In this document: positions 53,841-63,867 of the stretch, piece after piece
Layout: the number at the start of each line of letters is the position of its first letter
How positions within the stretch are numbered: the stretch's first letter is position 1
Origin: Geobacter sp. UBA698
Lineage (GTDB): Bacteria > Desulfobacterota > Desulfuromonadia > Geobacterales > Pseudopelobacteraceae
Length of the DNA: 64,000 bases
Direction of reading: 5' to 3'
Assembly (NCBI GenBank): GCA_002298925.1
Contig: DBMM01000028.1
Span: 3,713-67,712, forward strand
Position numbers and translations under genes: made by a program
Notes under the pieces: model-generated
What the model was told of the DNA's origin: nothing
The model's database searches: none
Seen by the model: only the letters and a program-made list of their open reading frames with translations

Positions 53841-53859
53841 CTGTCACAGAAATGTGACC
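53841..53859. promoter_or_regulatory. CTGTCACAGAAATGTGACC: Pho-box-like element / 6-bp inverted repeat in the divergent promoter region
   Basis: Lies between the DUF47-PiT operon (minus strand) and uppP (plus strand). Contains GTCACA-N4-TGTGAC and two TGT(C/G)AC half-sites about 11 bp apart. Confidence 0.3.
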
Positions 53860-53971
53860 TTTCTGCCACCTGACTGAGGGCAACGTTTTCTGCCGTAAGG
53901 TTTTATGCCGTATTGCCTTTGCCGCTTTCTTGCAGTATCTTCAGCCATCCCAATTGAAAGAGGAAGTACCC

Positions 53972-54793
53972 ATGAATCTGCTTCACGCCCTGGTGCTCGG
54001 CGCCGTTCAGGGCTTCACCGAAGTCCTCCCCATCAGCAGTTCCGCCCACCTGATCCTGATCCCCTGGCTGCTGAAATGGCCCGAATCCGGGCTGACCTTT
54101 GACGTGGCCCTGCACCTGGGCACCTTCCTCGCCCTGGCAGCCTATTTCCGACAAGACATCATTGAAATGTTCTCCTCATTCTTCGAGGCCCTTGCCAGCC
54201 GTTCTCTGAACACCCCTGCCAAACGGCTGCCGTTCCTGATCATTGCCGCCACCGTACCGGCGGCCATAGTGGGCAAGCTGTTCGAGCACCAGGTTGAAGA
54301 CATCTTCCGATCCAACCCGCTGCTGATCGCCGTTTTCCTGATCGTGTTCGGCATCCTGCTGGGGGTCGTCGATATCGCCGGCCGCAAACGAAAGGGCCTG
54401 GACGAAATTCAGCCGGCAAGCGCCATGACCATCGGCCTGATGCAGTGCCTGGCCCTGATTCCGGGCGTATCCCGCTCGGGCATCACCATCACCGCCGGCC
54501 TGATGTTGGGCTTCACCCGCGAGAGCGGGGCCCGCTTCTCGTTTCTGATGTCGCTGCCGATCGTGGCCGGGGCAGCCCTGCTCAAGATGCTGCACCTGCT
54601 GAAGCACGGCATCCCGGCCGGCGAAGGGGTGCCGATGCTGGTCGGCATCGTCACCTCGGCCGTGACCGGCTATATCAGCGTGGCCTTCCTGCTGAAATTT
54701 GTGCAGAAGCGGAGCCTCTCCCCCTTTGTCTGGTATCGGGTCATCGCGGGGGGAGTCGTGATTTCGGCCATCTTGTCGGGCTTCAAGGGGTAA
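53972..54793 (+). CDS. uppP: Undecaprenyl-diphosphate phosphatase
   Basis: MNLLHALVLGAVQGFTEVLPISSSAHL is the canonical BacA/UppP start. ATG at 53972. Confidence 0.9.
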   Translation: MNLLHALVLGAVQGFTEVLPISSSAHLILIPWLLKWPESGLTFDVALHLGTFLALAAYFRQDIIEMFSSFFEALASRSLNTPAKRLPFLIIAATVPAAIVGKLFEHQVEDIFRSNPLLIAVFLIVFGILLGVVDIAGRKRKGLDEIQPASAMTIGLMQCLALIPGVSRSGITITAGLMLGFTRESGARFSFLMSLPIVAGAALLKMLHLLKHGIPAGEGVPMLVGIVTSAVTGYISVAFLLKFVQKRSLSPFVWYRVIAGGVVISAILSGFKG

Positions 54794-54830
54794 GATTCAG
54801 GCATACCAGCAGGTTGTTCAGGGGGGATCT

Positions 54831-55526
54831 ATGACGGGCGGCATCAGGGAGTGGCCGGAGGATGAGAGACCGCGGGAAAAGATGCACAGGCAGGGCGCGG
54901 CCAACCTGACCAACGCCGAGCTGCTGGCGCTGATCATCCGCACCGGCGACACCGCCACCGGGAAGAGCGCCATTGACCTGGGCCGGGACCTCATCAGCCA
55001 TTTCGGCGAAAACCTGCGTGAGCTGGGCAGCGCCGATATATCCGAGATCACAGCCATCAAGGGTATCGGGCCGGCCAAGGCAACCGGCATCAAGGCGGCC
55101 TTCACCCTGTCAGCGCGTTTCCAGGCCCGCAAACTGGAGCTGCTGGACCGCTTCACCTCACCCCGCCAGGTCTTCGACTACTTCCACCACGAATTCCGCG
55201 ACAGCCGCAAGGAATATTTTCTGGTACTGCTCTTGGACGGCAAGAACCGCATCATCCGCCGGGTACAGGTCTCGGAAGGCTCCCTCAACCAGAGCATCGT
55301 CCACCCCAGAGAAGTATTCATCCCGGCGGTCAAGGAATCGGCCGCCGCCATGATCCTGGTCCACAACCATCCCACCGGCGACCCGGCCCCCAGCCCGGAG
55401 GACATCGCCATCACCCGCCGCCTGAAGGAAGCCGGCGAGATCATGGGGATCAAGGTGCTGGATCACATCATCATCGGGGATGGGGAGGACGCCTATCTCA
55501 GTTTCGTGGAGCGGGGTTTGCTGTAG
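54831..55526 (+). CDS. radC: RadC-family (JAB/MPN domain) protein
   Basis: ERPREKM...LTNAELLALIIRTG... and HNHPTGDPAPSPEDI (the JAMM motif). Confidence 0.88.
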   Translation: MTGGIREWPEDERPREKMHRQGAANLTNAELLALIIRTGDTATGKSAIDLGRDLISHFGENLRELGSADISEITAIKGIGPAKATGIKAAFTLSARFQARKLELLDRFTSPRQVFDYFHHEFRDSRKEYFLVLLLDGKNRIIRRVQVSEGSLNQSIVHPREVFIPAVKESAAAMILVHNHPTGDPAPSPEDIAITRRLKEAGEIMGIKVLDHIIIGDGEDAYLSFVERGLL

Positions 55527-55528
55527 GG

Positions 55529-56938
55529 TCAGCCAAGTACCACCAGCGCCTCGTCCGCGGCTTTTTGTGCCGCAGCCACACAGTCGTTCAGGCCGATGCC
55601 GCGGTAGGAGTTGCCGGTCAGGATCAGGCCGGGGTGAGACTTCAGCAGCTCAGCCAGCGCCTCCAGCCGTTTGCCGTGGCCGACGGTGTACTGCGGGATG
55701 GCCTGCGGGTGCCGGAAGATCCTGACAAAGGACGGCTCGGCAGTTATATGCATAGTCGCTTTCAGATCCTTTTTGACCCGCGCAGTAACCTCATCATCAC
55801 TCAGTTTGACATACTCCGGAAAACAGGCGCCCCCCATCATGCTGCGCAACAGCACCTTGCCGGTCGGGGCCCGGTTCTCGAACATGCTGGAATCCCACAG
55901 GGTCCCGAGGGTACTGCACCCCTCCTTCTTCGGAATCAGGTAGCCGAAGCCATCCAGCGGGTGGGTGATACGGTCGCGCTCGTAACCGAAACAGATCACC
56001 GTCATGCTGGCGTAGGGGATCTGCCGCAGAACGCCGGAAATTCCGCCATCCAGCCCGGCCAGCATCTCCGCTGCCGCAAAGGCCGGCGAGGCTACAATCA
56101 CCAGATCGGCCTCCTGCTGGGAGCCGTCGGAGCATTTTACGCGGTAGCCGCCACTGCCAGGCTTTTCAACCGCCGTAACCGCAATCCCCGGCTTGACGAT
56201 GCCCCCCAGCGAATCGGCCAGAGCATCCGCAAGATACTGGATCCCCTCGCGGAACGAGGTCAGCACGCCACCCGGTCCGGCGGCGCTGGAAACCACCTTG
56301 CCCGCGGCCATATCCCTTTTCTTCTGCTTGGCCAGCATGATCATGGCCCTGACCAGCCCGCCGTACTCGCTTTCCAGTTCGGCGATACGCGGAAAGCAGG
56401 AGACCAGCGACATGGTTTCGGGATCGCCGGCAAAGATGCCGGAAACCATCGGCGCGATCAACTTGTCCAGCGCCTCCTGGCCCAGGCGGCGGCGGCCGAA
56501 ATCGGCCAGGGTCTCGTCAATTCCAGCCGGCGCAGAGGCGATAAAGGGTGTCGGCTCCAGGGCCAGGCGCAGCTTGCCGGGCCAGGAGATCAGGCGGCTC
56601 TTGAGGAAAGACGGAGCGCCTTCCGGCAGTCGGTGCAGTTCGCCACCGGAATAGATAAAGCGCTTGCGGGCGTTGTCATTGCTGCGGTGCAGGTTCTGCT
56701 CGACTCCGATGGCGCGGCACAGGTCGAGGGTCTGGGGCTTGCTGTCCAGAAAGCCGTTGGGCCCCCATTCGCAGGTATAGCCATCCGCTTTAATGCTCCA
56801 GATCTTGCCCCCCAGCCGCTGTTCCTTTTCCAGCAGAACCAACTCCAGCTCGACACCGGCCTGACGGGCCTTATCCCGCAACAGCCAGGCCGTGGACAGT
56901 CCCGAAATGCCGCCACCGACAACGACCACCTTTTTCAT
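55529..56938 (-). CDS. hemY: FAD-dependent protoporphyrinogen/coproporphyrinogen oxidase (HemY type)
   Basis: MKKVVVVGGGISGLSTAW dinucleotide-binding start. 469 aa. C-terminal GNSYRGIGLNDC. Confidence 0.8.
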   Translation of the reverse strand: MKKVVVVGGGISGLSTAWLLRDKARQAGVELELVLLEKEQRLGGKIWSIKADGYTCEWGPNGFLDSKPQTLDLCRAIGVEQNLHRSNDNARKRFIYSGGELHRLPEGAPSFLKSRLISWPGKLRLALEPTPFIASAPAGIDETLADFGRRRLGQEALDKLIAPMVSGIFAGDPETMSLVSCFPRIAELESEYGGLVRAMIMLAKQKKRDMAAGKVVSSAAGPGGVLTSFREGIQYLADALADSLGGIVKPGIAVTAVEKPGSGGYRVKCSDGSQQEADLVIVASPAFAAAEMLAGLDGGISGVLRQIPYASMTVICFGYERDRITHPLDGFGYLIPKKEGCSTLGTLWDSSMFENRAPTGKVLLRSMMGGACFPEYVKLSDDEVTARVKKDLKATMHITAEPSFVRIFRHPQAIPQYTVGHGKRLEALAELLKSHPGLILTGNSYRGIGLNDCVAAAQKAADEALVVLG

Positions 56939-57100
56939 GCGATATCCTCTCTGGTATCCATTCTGTTATCGGGTCGATACTACGTTCGCCACATGCGGCT
57001 GTCAAGGCATACGCCGTCCACGACCTTGATAACATCCTTGCTTTGGAATCGGAATTACATTACAACCAAACCGTTAATCCGTTACTGAAAGGTGAACATC

Positions 57101-58024
57101 ATGGCCCAGAGTGATTATTACAAGATCCTCGGCGTGGACAAGAAAGCCACAGCCGAAGATATCAAGAAAGCCTTCCGCAAGCTGGCGGTCAAGTACCACC
57201 CCGACCGGAATCCGAACGACAAATCCGCAGAGGACAAGTTCAAGGAGATCAACGAGGCCTACGCCGTGCTGTCCGATCCCCAGAAGAAAGAGCAGTACGA
57301 CACCTTCGGCTCCAGCGGCTTTCATAAACAGTACAGCCAGGAAGACATCTTCCGGAATTTTGACTTCGGCAACGCCTACAAGGATATGGGGGGCGGCTTT
57401 GGAGGGGGTGGGGCCGAGGACATCTTTTCGCGCCTGTTCGGCGGAGGCTTCGGTGGGGGATTCGGACGGGGCGCCGGACGGGGCGGTTTCCGGGCCGGTC
57501 CCCAGAAGGGAAGCGACCTGGAGATGGAAACCGATATCAGTTTCCGCGACGCGGTGCTGGGGGCCGAAAAGGTGGTGGCCTTCCGCCGCAACGGCCAGCG
57601 CGAGGAGCTCAAGGTCAGGATTCCGGCCGGCGTGGACAACGGCAGCAAGGTGCGCATCAGCGGCAAGGGGGGCCAAGGGGAGGGGGGCGGACCGGCCGGC
57701 GACCTGTTCCTGATCATCCGGGTTCTGCCTGACCCGGTCTTCAGCCGCGACGGCGGCGACCTGTTCGTGGAACGCCCGATCCCGTTTTCAGCCGCCTGTC
57801 TGGGCACCTCCCTGGATGTGCCGACGCTGGAGGGGGACAAGCGCATCAAGGTTCCGGCCGGCATCCAGCCCGGCACGAAGATCAGGCTGAAAGGGTACGG
57901 GGTGAAACCGCCGGGATCAAATGCCAAGGGCGATCTCTACGTGAAGATCAACGTGCATGTTCCGGAATCCCTGAACGGGGAGCAAAAGAAACTGGTGGAA
58001 GAGTTGGCGAAAAAGGGGATCTGA
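57101..58024 (+). CDS. cbpA: DnaJ-class co-chaperone without zinc finger (CbpA-like)
   Basis: J domain DYYKILGV...YHPDRNP, a G/F-rich linker, a C-terminal substrate-binding domain, and no CxxCxGxG repeats. GTG at 57092 is an alternative start. Confidence 0.8.
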   Translation: MAQSDYYKILGVDKKATAEDIKKAFRKLAVKYHPDRNPNDKSAEDKFKEINEAYAVLSDPQKKEQYDTFGSSGFHKQYSQEDIFRNFDFGNAYKDMGGGFGGGGAEDIFSRLFGGGFGGGFGRGAGRGGFRAGPQKGSDLEMETDISFRDAVLGAEKVVAFRRNGQREELKVRIPAGVDNGSKVRISGKGGQGEGGGPAGDLFLIIRVLPDPVFSRDGGDLFVERPIPFSAACLGTSLDVPTLEGDKRIKVPAGIQPGTKIRLKGYGVKPPGSNAKGDLYVKINVHVPESLNGEQKKLVEELAKKGI

Positions 58025-58033
58025 ATCAGAACC

Positions 58034-58059
58034 GCTCCCCTCCCGCCGGGGAGGGGAGC
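58034..58059. terminator. Perfect 11-bp GC-rich hairpin between convergent cbpA and ispF
   Basis: GCTCCCCTCCC, GCCG loop, GGGAGGGGAGC. There is no adjacent U-run, so terminator function is uncertain. Confidence 0.4.
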
Positions 58060-58090
58060 TAACGCGATGGAACGTCACTAATTTTTTTTA

Positions 58091-58564
58091 TTATTTCTTG
58101 ACCAGCAGCACCACGGCGTGGGCCGCGATCCCTTCGCCCCGGCCGCTGAATCCAAGCCCCTCCTCGGTGGTGGCCTTGACATTTACCTGTTCCACCACCG
58201 CATTCAACACCCGGGCGATGTTCGCGCGCATTGTTTGGATATGGGGCGCCATCTTCGGTTTTTGGGCGATGATGGTCGCATCCAGGTTGCCCAGACAGTA
58301 GCCGCGGCTGTCGGCCACCCCCATGACGTGGGCCAGCAGATGCATGCTGTCGGCCCCCTTGAAGGCCGGATCGCTATCCGGGAAATGCTTGCCGATATCA
58401 CCTTCGCCAATGGCTCCCAGAATGGCATCGGCAACGGCATGCAGCAGAACGTCGGCGTCCGAGTGCCCCAGCAGTCCCTGCTCCCAGGGGATATCCACCC
58501 CCCCCATGATCAGTTTTCTCCCCTCCACCAGCCGGTGCACGTCATAACCGTGTCCTATGCGCAT
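58091..58564 (-). CDS. ispF: 2-C-methyl-D-erythritol 2,4-cyclodiphosphate synthase
   Basis: [12 protein letters not shown]...[11 protein letters not shown] is canonical IspF. 157 aa. Confidence 0.93.
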   Translation of the reverse strand: MRIGHGYDVHRLVEGRKLIMGGVDIPWEQGLLGHSDADVLLHAVADAILGAIGEGDIGKHFPDSDPAFKGADSMHLLAHVMGVADSRGYCLGNLDATIIAQKPKMAPHIQTMRANIARVLNAVVEQVNVKATTEEGLGFSGRGEGIAAHAVVLLVKK

Positions 58565-58593
58565 ATCCAGACTCCTTCCTGTTGACGGTTATT

Positions 58594-59703
58594 TTAAAAC
58601 AGATCCAGATTTTCCAGGGCCTTGAGCGGCTGATTGCAGAAGTGCGCTTTTTCCTGGCGCTGCGCCGGTCGAGATTCCGGGCGCGCTTCTACGGACTGTT
58701 TCTGGGGCGGAAGCTCCTCGGGCAGGGTCTGCACCTCCAGCTGCTCCTCCATGCCGTTGGACTTGAAGAAATAACGGTCATACAGACGGTGGTACATGCT
58801 CCAACGGGAGCTGCTGGCGCTCTCCTTGGCAATGTGGGCGCGGATCCCGTTGATCTTGGAGTCCATGTCGTCCAGGTAGTTGAGGATGGTGGCCTCGATG
58901 GTCTTGGGGCGCTTGGGGGAGCCGTATTCGTACTGGCCGTGATGGGAGAGCAGCATATGCTTCAGCAGTATGCCCAGCTCCCGAGGAAAGCCTGCGACCT
59001 GGCGGATGCGCTCCTCCACCAGTTCCACGCCGATGGAGATGTGCCCAAGCAGCTTGCCGGCATCGGTGTAGTCGAAGGCGCGTTCAAAGCTCATTTCATG
59101 GATCTTGCCCACATCATGCAGCAGTGCCCCGACCACCAGCAGTTCTTCATTGATGCCGGCCCCGTAGAGCGGCACGATCGCCCTGACCAGCTTGACCAGG
59201 GCCAGGGAGTGTTCCAGCAGTCCCCCCAGATAGACATGGTGCATCCCCTTGGCGGCCGGGGCCATGCAGTAAAGCTCCATGAAGGCCTGATCACCCAGAA
59301 ACAGATCCATCAGCCCACGCAGAAATGGGTTGCCAAGGCCAGCCACCACCTGCTCCAGCTCCTGGCGCATTTCGGCGATCGGGCGTGGCGATTCAGGCAG
59401 GAAGTCGGCCAGGTTGACCTGCTCCTCCGGAATTTTGGCGATCTCGGCCACCACTACCTGCATCTTGTTCATGTAGACCGAGGCCTTGCCGCGCACCTGT
59501 ACGAAGTCGTCCTTATCGAACATCTTGTCCAGCACATCGGTATTGTCCCAGATCTTGGCATCCACCTCGCCGCTTTTGTCCATGAAACGCAGATTCATGT
59601 AGGGTTTGCCGTTCTTTGCCATGGCCATGATCTTGTCCTTGACCAGAAAAACACTGTTGACCGTATCGCGGTCCTTGATATCAGCTACGAACTGTTTTGC
59701 CAC
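58594..59703 (-). CDS. YhaM-like 3'-5' exoribonuclease (OB-fold plus HD domain)
   Basis: GTG start preceded by AAGGAG. N-terminal OB fold (FLVKDKIMAMAKNGKPYMNLRFMDKSG). HD motif LLHDVGK. Confidence 0.72.
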   Translation of the reverse strand: MAKQFVADIKDRDTVNSVFLVKDKIMAMAKNGKPYMNLRFMDKSGEVDAKIWDNTDVLDKMFDKDDFVQVRGKASVYMNKMQVVVAEIAKIPEEQVNLADFLPESPRPIAEMRQELEQVVAGLGNPFLRGLMDLFLGDQAFMELYCMAPAAKGMHHVYLGGLLEHSLALVKLVRAIVPLYGAGINEELLVVGALLHDVGKIHEMSFERAFDYTDAGKLLGHISIGVELVEERIRQVAGFPRELGILLKHMLLSHHGQYEYGSPKRPKTIEATILNYLDDMDSKINGIRAHIAKESASSSRWSMYHRLYDRYFFKSNGMEEQLEVQTLPEELPPQKQSVEARPESRPAQRQEKAHFCNQPLKALENLDLF

Positions 59704-59729
59704 GTTCTGCTCCTTTTATAGATCTGATC

Positions 59730-61319
59730 TTATGCTGGGTGTGACAAACGGGCGGCGATCGAGTCGGCGATCTTGACCCCATCCACGGCTGAACTCATGA
59801 TGCCGCCGGCATAGCCGGCCCCTTCTCCGGCCGGATAGAGCCCGGCCAGGGAGGGTGACTCAAAGTGCCCATTGCGCAGGATCCGCACCGGGGCCGAGGT
59901 GCGCGACTCGATGCCGATCAAGGTGGCCTCGGCCGTGACAAACCCCCGCAGACGACGGCCGAAGTCGGCGATCCCTTCCCGCAGGGTCGTGATGATGTAG
60001 GCGGGCAGCACCCCGTCCAGCTCGCTCTCGACTACGCCGGGGCGGTAGGTGGTGCTGGCCCCCCCTTTGCCCGGCAGCTTCAGGAACGCCAGCAGGTTCT
60101 GGGCCGGGGCCCGGTAGCCGCCCCCCCCCTGCTGGAAGGCCTGGCGCTCCCACCGGCGCTGGAAGTGAACCCCGGCCAGGGGACCGTTGCCGCCAAAGTC
60201 ATCCACCCCCACATTGACCACCAGAGCGCTGTTGGCAAAGGGGGAATTGCGCTTCTGGCCGCTCATGCCGTTGGTGACAACGCCGCCCGCTTCGGAAGCC
60301 CCGGCTATGACCACGCCCCCCGGACACATGCAGAAGGAATAGGCGCTGCGGCCGGTGGCGGAGTTGTTCCAGGCGACGGCATAGTCCGCGGCCGGGAGGT
60401 TGGGATGACGCGCTCCGCCGTACTGGATGCGGTCGATCAGTTCCTGGGGATGCTCCACCCGCAGCCCCATGGCGAAAGCCTTGCGCTCCAGCGCCACGCC
60501 GCGCCGCTCCATCAGCTCATAGGTGTCCCGGGCGCTGTGACCGGTGGCCAGGATCAGCAGGTCGCAAGGCAGCTCCTGGCTGTCGTTGACCGTGACAGCA
60601 ACCAGGCGCCCCTCTCTGGCAATGATGTCGGTCAGGCGGCTGGCAAAGCGGATCTGGAAACCTTTTGCCAGCAGATGCTCACGGATGGCGATCACGACCC
60701 GCCGCAGACGATCGGTGCCGATGTGCGGCTTGGCCAGATAGCGCACTTCGGGCGGTGCGCCGAATGCGGCCAGCTGTTCCAGCACCCAGGGCACCAGCGG
60801 GTCTTTTGAGCGGCTGGTCAGTTTGCCGTCGGAAAAGGTCCCGGCCCCCCCCTCGCCGAACTGGACGTTGCTCTCCGGATTCAGCTGACCGTTTCTCCAG
60901 AACTGCTGCACGTCCAGGGCGCGCTGCTCCACCGGCTGGCCCCGTTCGATCAGCGTGGCGGTCAGCCCGTATTCGGCCAGGCGCAACGCCGTGAACAGCC
61001 CGGCCGGACCGCTGCCGGCAATCACAATCTGCTGCCGGGAGCGAATCGGGATGAAGCGGGGTGCCGGCTGCTCCGGCTGCCATTCCAGGGATGGATTGCC
61101 GGCGGTCTGACGCCGCAGAGCGGCTTCGTCGGCAACGGAAAATGCCACGGTATAGACCAGCTTGACCCGCCCTTTGCGACGGGCGTCAACCCCTTTGCGC
61201 AGGATGCGCAAATCCCGCAGCGCCTGGGGCGGCAGGCCAAGTTCGGTCGCCGCCAGGGTGCGGAGAGAGTCCTCGCTCTCCTCGGGCAAAAGGGTCAGAT
61301 TACGATAGATAAAAGGCAT
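59730..61319 (-). CDS. FAD-dependent oxidoreductase (COG2509-type)
   Basis: 529 aa with IVIAGSGPAGLF dinucleotide motif and C-terminal YPAGEGAGYAGGI. Confidence 0.72.
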   Translation of the reverse strand: MPFIYRNLTLLPEESEDSLRTLAATELGLPPQALRDLRILRKGVDARRKGRVKLVYTVAFSVADEAALRRQTAGNPSLEWQPEQPAPRFIPIRSRQQIVIAGSGPAGLFTALRLAEYGLTATLIERGQPVEQRALDVQQFWRNGQLNPESNVQFGEGGAGTFSDGKLTSRSKDPLVPWVLEQLAAFGAPPEVRYLAKPHIGTDRLRRVVIAIREHLLAKGFQIRFASRLTDIIAREGRLVAVTVNDSQELPCDLLILATGHSARDTYELMERRGVALERKAFAMGLRVEHPQELIDRIQYGGARHPNLPAADYAVAWNNSATGRSAYSFCMCPGGVVIAGASEAGGVVTNGMSGQKRNSPFANSALVVNVGVDDFGGNGPLAGVHFQRRWERQAFQQGGGGYRAPAQNLLAFLKLPGKGGASTTYRPGVVESELDGVLPAYIITTLREGIADFGRRLRGFVTAEATLIGIESRTSAPVRILRNGHFESPSLAGLYPAGEGAGYAGGIMSSAVDGVKIADSIAARLSHPA

Positions 61320-61323
61320 GGGT

Positions 61324-61722
61324 TCAGGCCTGTTCCAGCTTTCGACGATTCAGAAACTGTTCGACGATGATGACGATATCCAGTGGCGGGGTGGATTTGG
61401 GGATATGCACCTGAGCACCCATGTCCGGCGGTTCGTGCTCGTGGGGCTCTTCATGGATCATGGAGGTTAAAAGAACTATCAGCGGCGGGGCAGCCCCGGC
61501 CAGGCGCCTGATCTCTACGCAGGTGGAAACGCCTCCCTTGCGGGGCATGACCAGATCGGAGATGACCGCATCCGACCCGGTCTCCAGAAAAGCCCTGACC
61601 CCCTCGATACCGTCATTGGCGGTGAGGACGGTGAAACCGCTTTCGCGGAAGGCATTGGAGAGAACCTTCAGAAAAAAGGGGTCGTCGTCGATGAGCAGGA
61701 TATTACCGCGGGATTCGTTCAT
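61324..61722 (-). CDS. Single-domain response regulator (receiver)
   Basis: ILLIDDDPFF...ISDLVMPRKGG is CheY-like. 132 aa. Confidence 0.8.
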   Translation of the reverse strand: MNESRGNILLIDDDPFFLKVLSNAFRESGFTVLTANDGIEGVRAFLETGSDAVISDLVMPRKGGVSTCVEIRRLAGAAPPLIVLLTSMIHEEPHEHEPPDMGAQVHIPKSTPPLDIVIIVEQFLNRRKLEQA

Positions 61723-61798
61723 TCATGGTCTCATATGCAGGAATGTCCCGATACTACACCAGTTTCGTTGAAAAAGAAAAGGGGAATGAGGATGCCGC

Positions 61799-62986
61799 TT
61801 AATGAAAGGCGGGGAACTCTACGCGAAAAACCGTCCCTTCACTGGTTGATTTCTCGACGGAAATGCTCCCTTCGTACATGCGCGCAATGCGCTGGATAAC
61901 CGGCAGTCCCATGCCGGTGCCACGGCTTTTGGTCGTGAAGAACGGTTCGAAGATATTGGGAAGCGCCTCGGCCGGGATGCCCTGGCCGCTGTCCCCTACC
62001 CTGACGACAACCCGGTCATCTTCAAGGCAGATGCCGATCTCCAGTCGGCCGCCGTTGGTCATCTCTTCCAGGGCGTTTAAAAACAGGTTGGTAAAGATCT
62101 GCTCCAATTCCGCCGGATCGGCCTTGATGGGTGGCGGCGTGACCTGATAGTTCCGTACCACCTGAATCTTGCCGGCTTCAATCTGAGGCGAGAACGCCTC
62201 CAGTGCGTTCTCGACGACCCGGTCGATCCGCACGTCGCTGGTGATGTTTCGGGTCCGCCGGGAAGCATCCAGCAGCATGCGGATGATGGAGTCAATCCGG
62301 TCGATCTCCTTGAGGATCTTAGCCATGTAGTCCAGCTTTTCAGGATCCTTCGAGTTCTGGCGCATGAGCTGGACGAACAGGGATATGGAGTTGAGCGGGT
62401 TGCGGATCTCATGGGCCATGCCGGCCGACAGGTAGCCGAGAGTGGCCAGCTTTTCCGACTGGGCCGTTTCGGCGTGGGCCTTCTGGAGCGCCTCGCTTTT
62501 TTCCCGAACCCGCTGCTGCAGCTCCTGATTCCACTTGTCGATTTCCTGTAGCAGGCGCTCATGTTCCTGCTGCAGAGCCTTGTTGTGCAGCTCGATCTCG
62601 CGCATATGCAGGACATTATCCAGGCGCTTCACCAGATCGTGGTTGTTGAAGGGCTTGAGGATGTATTCGGAGGCGCCCGCCTTCATCAGCTCGACGGCAA
62701 TCTCTTCGTTACCCTTGCCGGTGAACATCACCACATAGGTATGCGGGAATCGGGTCTTGATCTCGCGCAGGGCGGAAAGGCCGTCAAGCTCGGGCATCAT
62801 GTAGTCCATAAGCACCAGCTCGGGAGATCTGACGGCAATGATCTCCAGCCCCTCGCGGGCGGTGGTCGACGTATAAACCTGATACCCGCGGCGCGAAAGG
62901 ATCAGCGCGGCCAGTTCAAGGATCTGCGGGTCGTCGTCAATGATTACAACCGACGCCTTTATCTTGGGGAGATTGCTGGGGGACAT
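61799..62986 (-). CDS. Hybrid sensor: N-terminal receiver domain plus HisKA/HATPase_c histidine kinase
   Basis: VVIIDDDP...LMDYMMPELDG (receiver), H-box SAGMAHEIRNPL, N/G boxes FLNALEE and GDSGQGI..FFTTK..GTGMGL. Confidence 0.85.
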   Translation of the reverse strand: MSPSNLPKIKASVVIIDDDPQILELAALILSRRGYQVYTSTTAREGLEIIAVRSPELVLMDYMMPELDGLSALREIKTRFPHTYVVMFTGKGNEEIAVELMKAGASEYILKPFNNHDLVKRLDNVLHMREIELHNKALQQEHERLLQEIDKWNQELQQRVREKSEALQKAHAETAQSEKLATLGYLSAGMAHEIRNPLNSISLFVQLMRQNSKDPEKLDYMAKILKEIDRIDSIIRMLLDASRRTRNITSDVRIDRVVENALEAFSPQIEAGKIQVVRNYQVTPPPIKADPAELEQIFTNLFLNALEEMTNGGRLEIGICLEDDRVVVRVGDSGQGIPAEALPNIFEPFFTTKSRGTGMGLPVIQRIARMYEGSISVEKSTSEGTVFRVEFPAFH

Positions 62987-63026
62987 AGTGGATAGGCCGC
63001 CGGGATGGGCGCGGTTACTGTTGCAT

Positions 63027-63479
63027 CTACTGATCGGCCGGCAGGCGGATGGTCAGAACCGGGCAGGCGGCAGCCCGCACGACGCGCTCGGCGGTGCTGC
63101 CGAAGATGATGTGATCAAGACCGGTGCGGCCATGGGTGCCCAATATGATCAGAGATGCTCCGATCTCCTGGGCTTTGCGGGTGATTTCCTCATAGGGGAT
63201 GCCGGTGACGATGGCGGTCTTGTAGTTGCTGAAGCCCCCCATTTTTTCCCGGCAGAATTTTTCCATCATGGTGACGGCACCGGCCTCGATCTCGCGCTCC
63301 AGCTGCTCGAACGAAATATGGGGGACATAAAAGCCGCGCAGATCAACCGGTTCATTGATTACATGCATGATGGTCAGTTCGGAGTTGAACTGACGGGCCA
63401 GCGTCAGGGCGTAATCGAAGGCGAAGTCCGAATTTTCTGAAAAATCGATGGCGGTCAATATCTTGTCAAACGATTTCAT
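63027..63479 (-). CDS. Universal stress protein (UspA family)
   Basis: 150 aa with ILTAIDFSENS and LIILGTHGRTGLDHIIFGSTAERVV. Confidence 0.85.
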   Translation of the reverse strand: MKSFDKILTAIDFSENSDFAFDYALTLARQFNSELTIMHVINEPVDLRGFYVPHISFEQLEREIEAGAVTMMEKFCREKMGGFSNYKTAIVTGIPYEEITRKAQEIGASLIILGTHGRTGLDHIIFGSTAERVVRAAACPVLTIRLPADQ

Positions 63480-63504
63480 GACAGGCTCTCCTCATGGTCG
63501 GAAA

Positions 63505-63867
63505 TCAGGCTTCCCTGAATATCTTGGTGATGATTTTATTGAGTTCCTCGATTTTGACCGGCTTGTTGACATACTCGAACGCCCCCAGGTTCATGGCTTC
63601 GATGTAGGTCTCGACCTCGCCGTATGCGGTGATCATGATGACATTGCTGGCCGGTCGGATCTTGTTCAGTTCGCGCAGAAAAGCCATGCCATTCATTTCG
63701 GGCATATTGATGTCGGTAATGATCAGCTCCACCTCCTTGCCGCGCAGATAGTTGAGCGCTTCGTAGCCGTTTCCGGCCGAAGTCACCTCGTACCCTTCAC
63801 GGACGAGGATCTTGGAAAGAGCAAGGCGGGCGTTCTCCTCATCATCGACCACCAGTATGCGTTTCAT
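63505..63867 (-). CDS. Single-domain response regulator (receiver)
   Basis: ATG at 63867. MKRILVVDDEENARL...IITDINMPEMNG...MITAYG. The longer ORF up to 63936 is unsupported. Confidence 0.8.
   Translation of the reverse strand: MKRILVVDDEENARLALSKILVREGYEVTSAGNGYEALNYLRGKEVELIITDINMPEMNGMAFLRELNKIRPASNVIMITAYGEVETYIEAMNLGAFEYVNKPVKIEELNKIITKIFREA

Noticed and set aside
58034-58059. Strong GC hairpin between cbpA and ispF taken as a canonical intrinsic terminator.
   Set aside because: No U-tract follows the stem on either strand, and the T-run at 58079-58090 is 20 nt away. It is kept only as a low-confidence terminator or REP-like hairpin.
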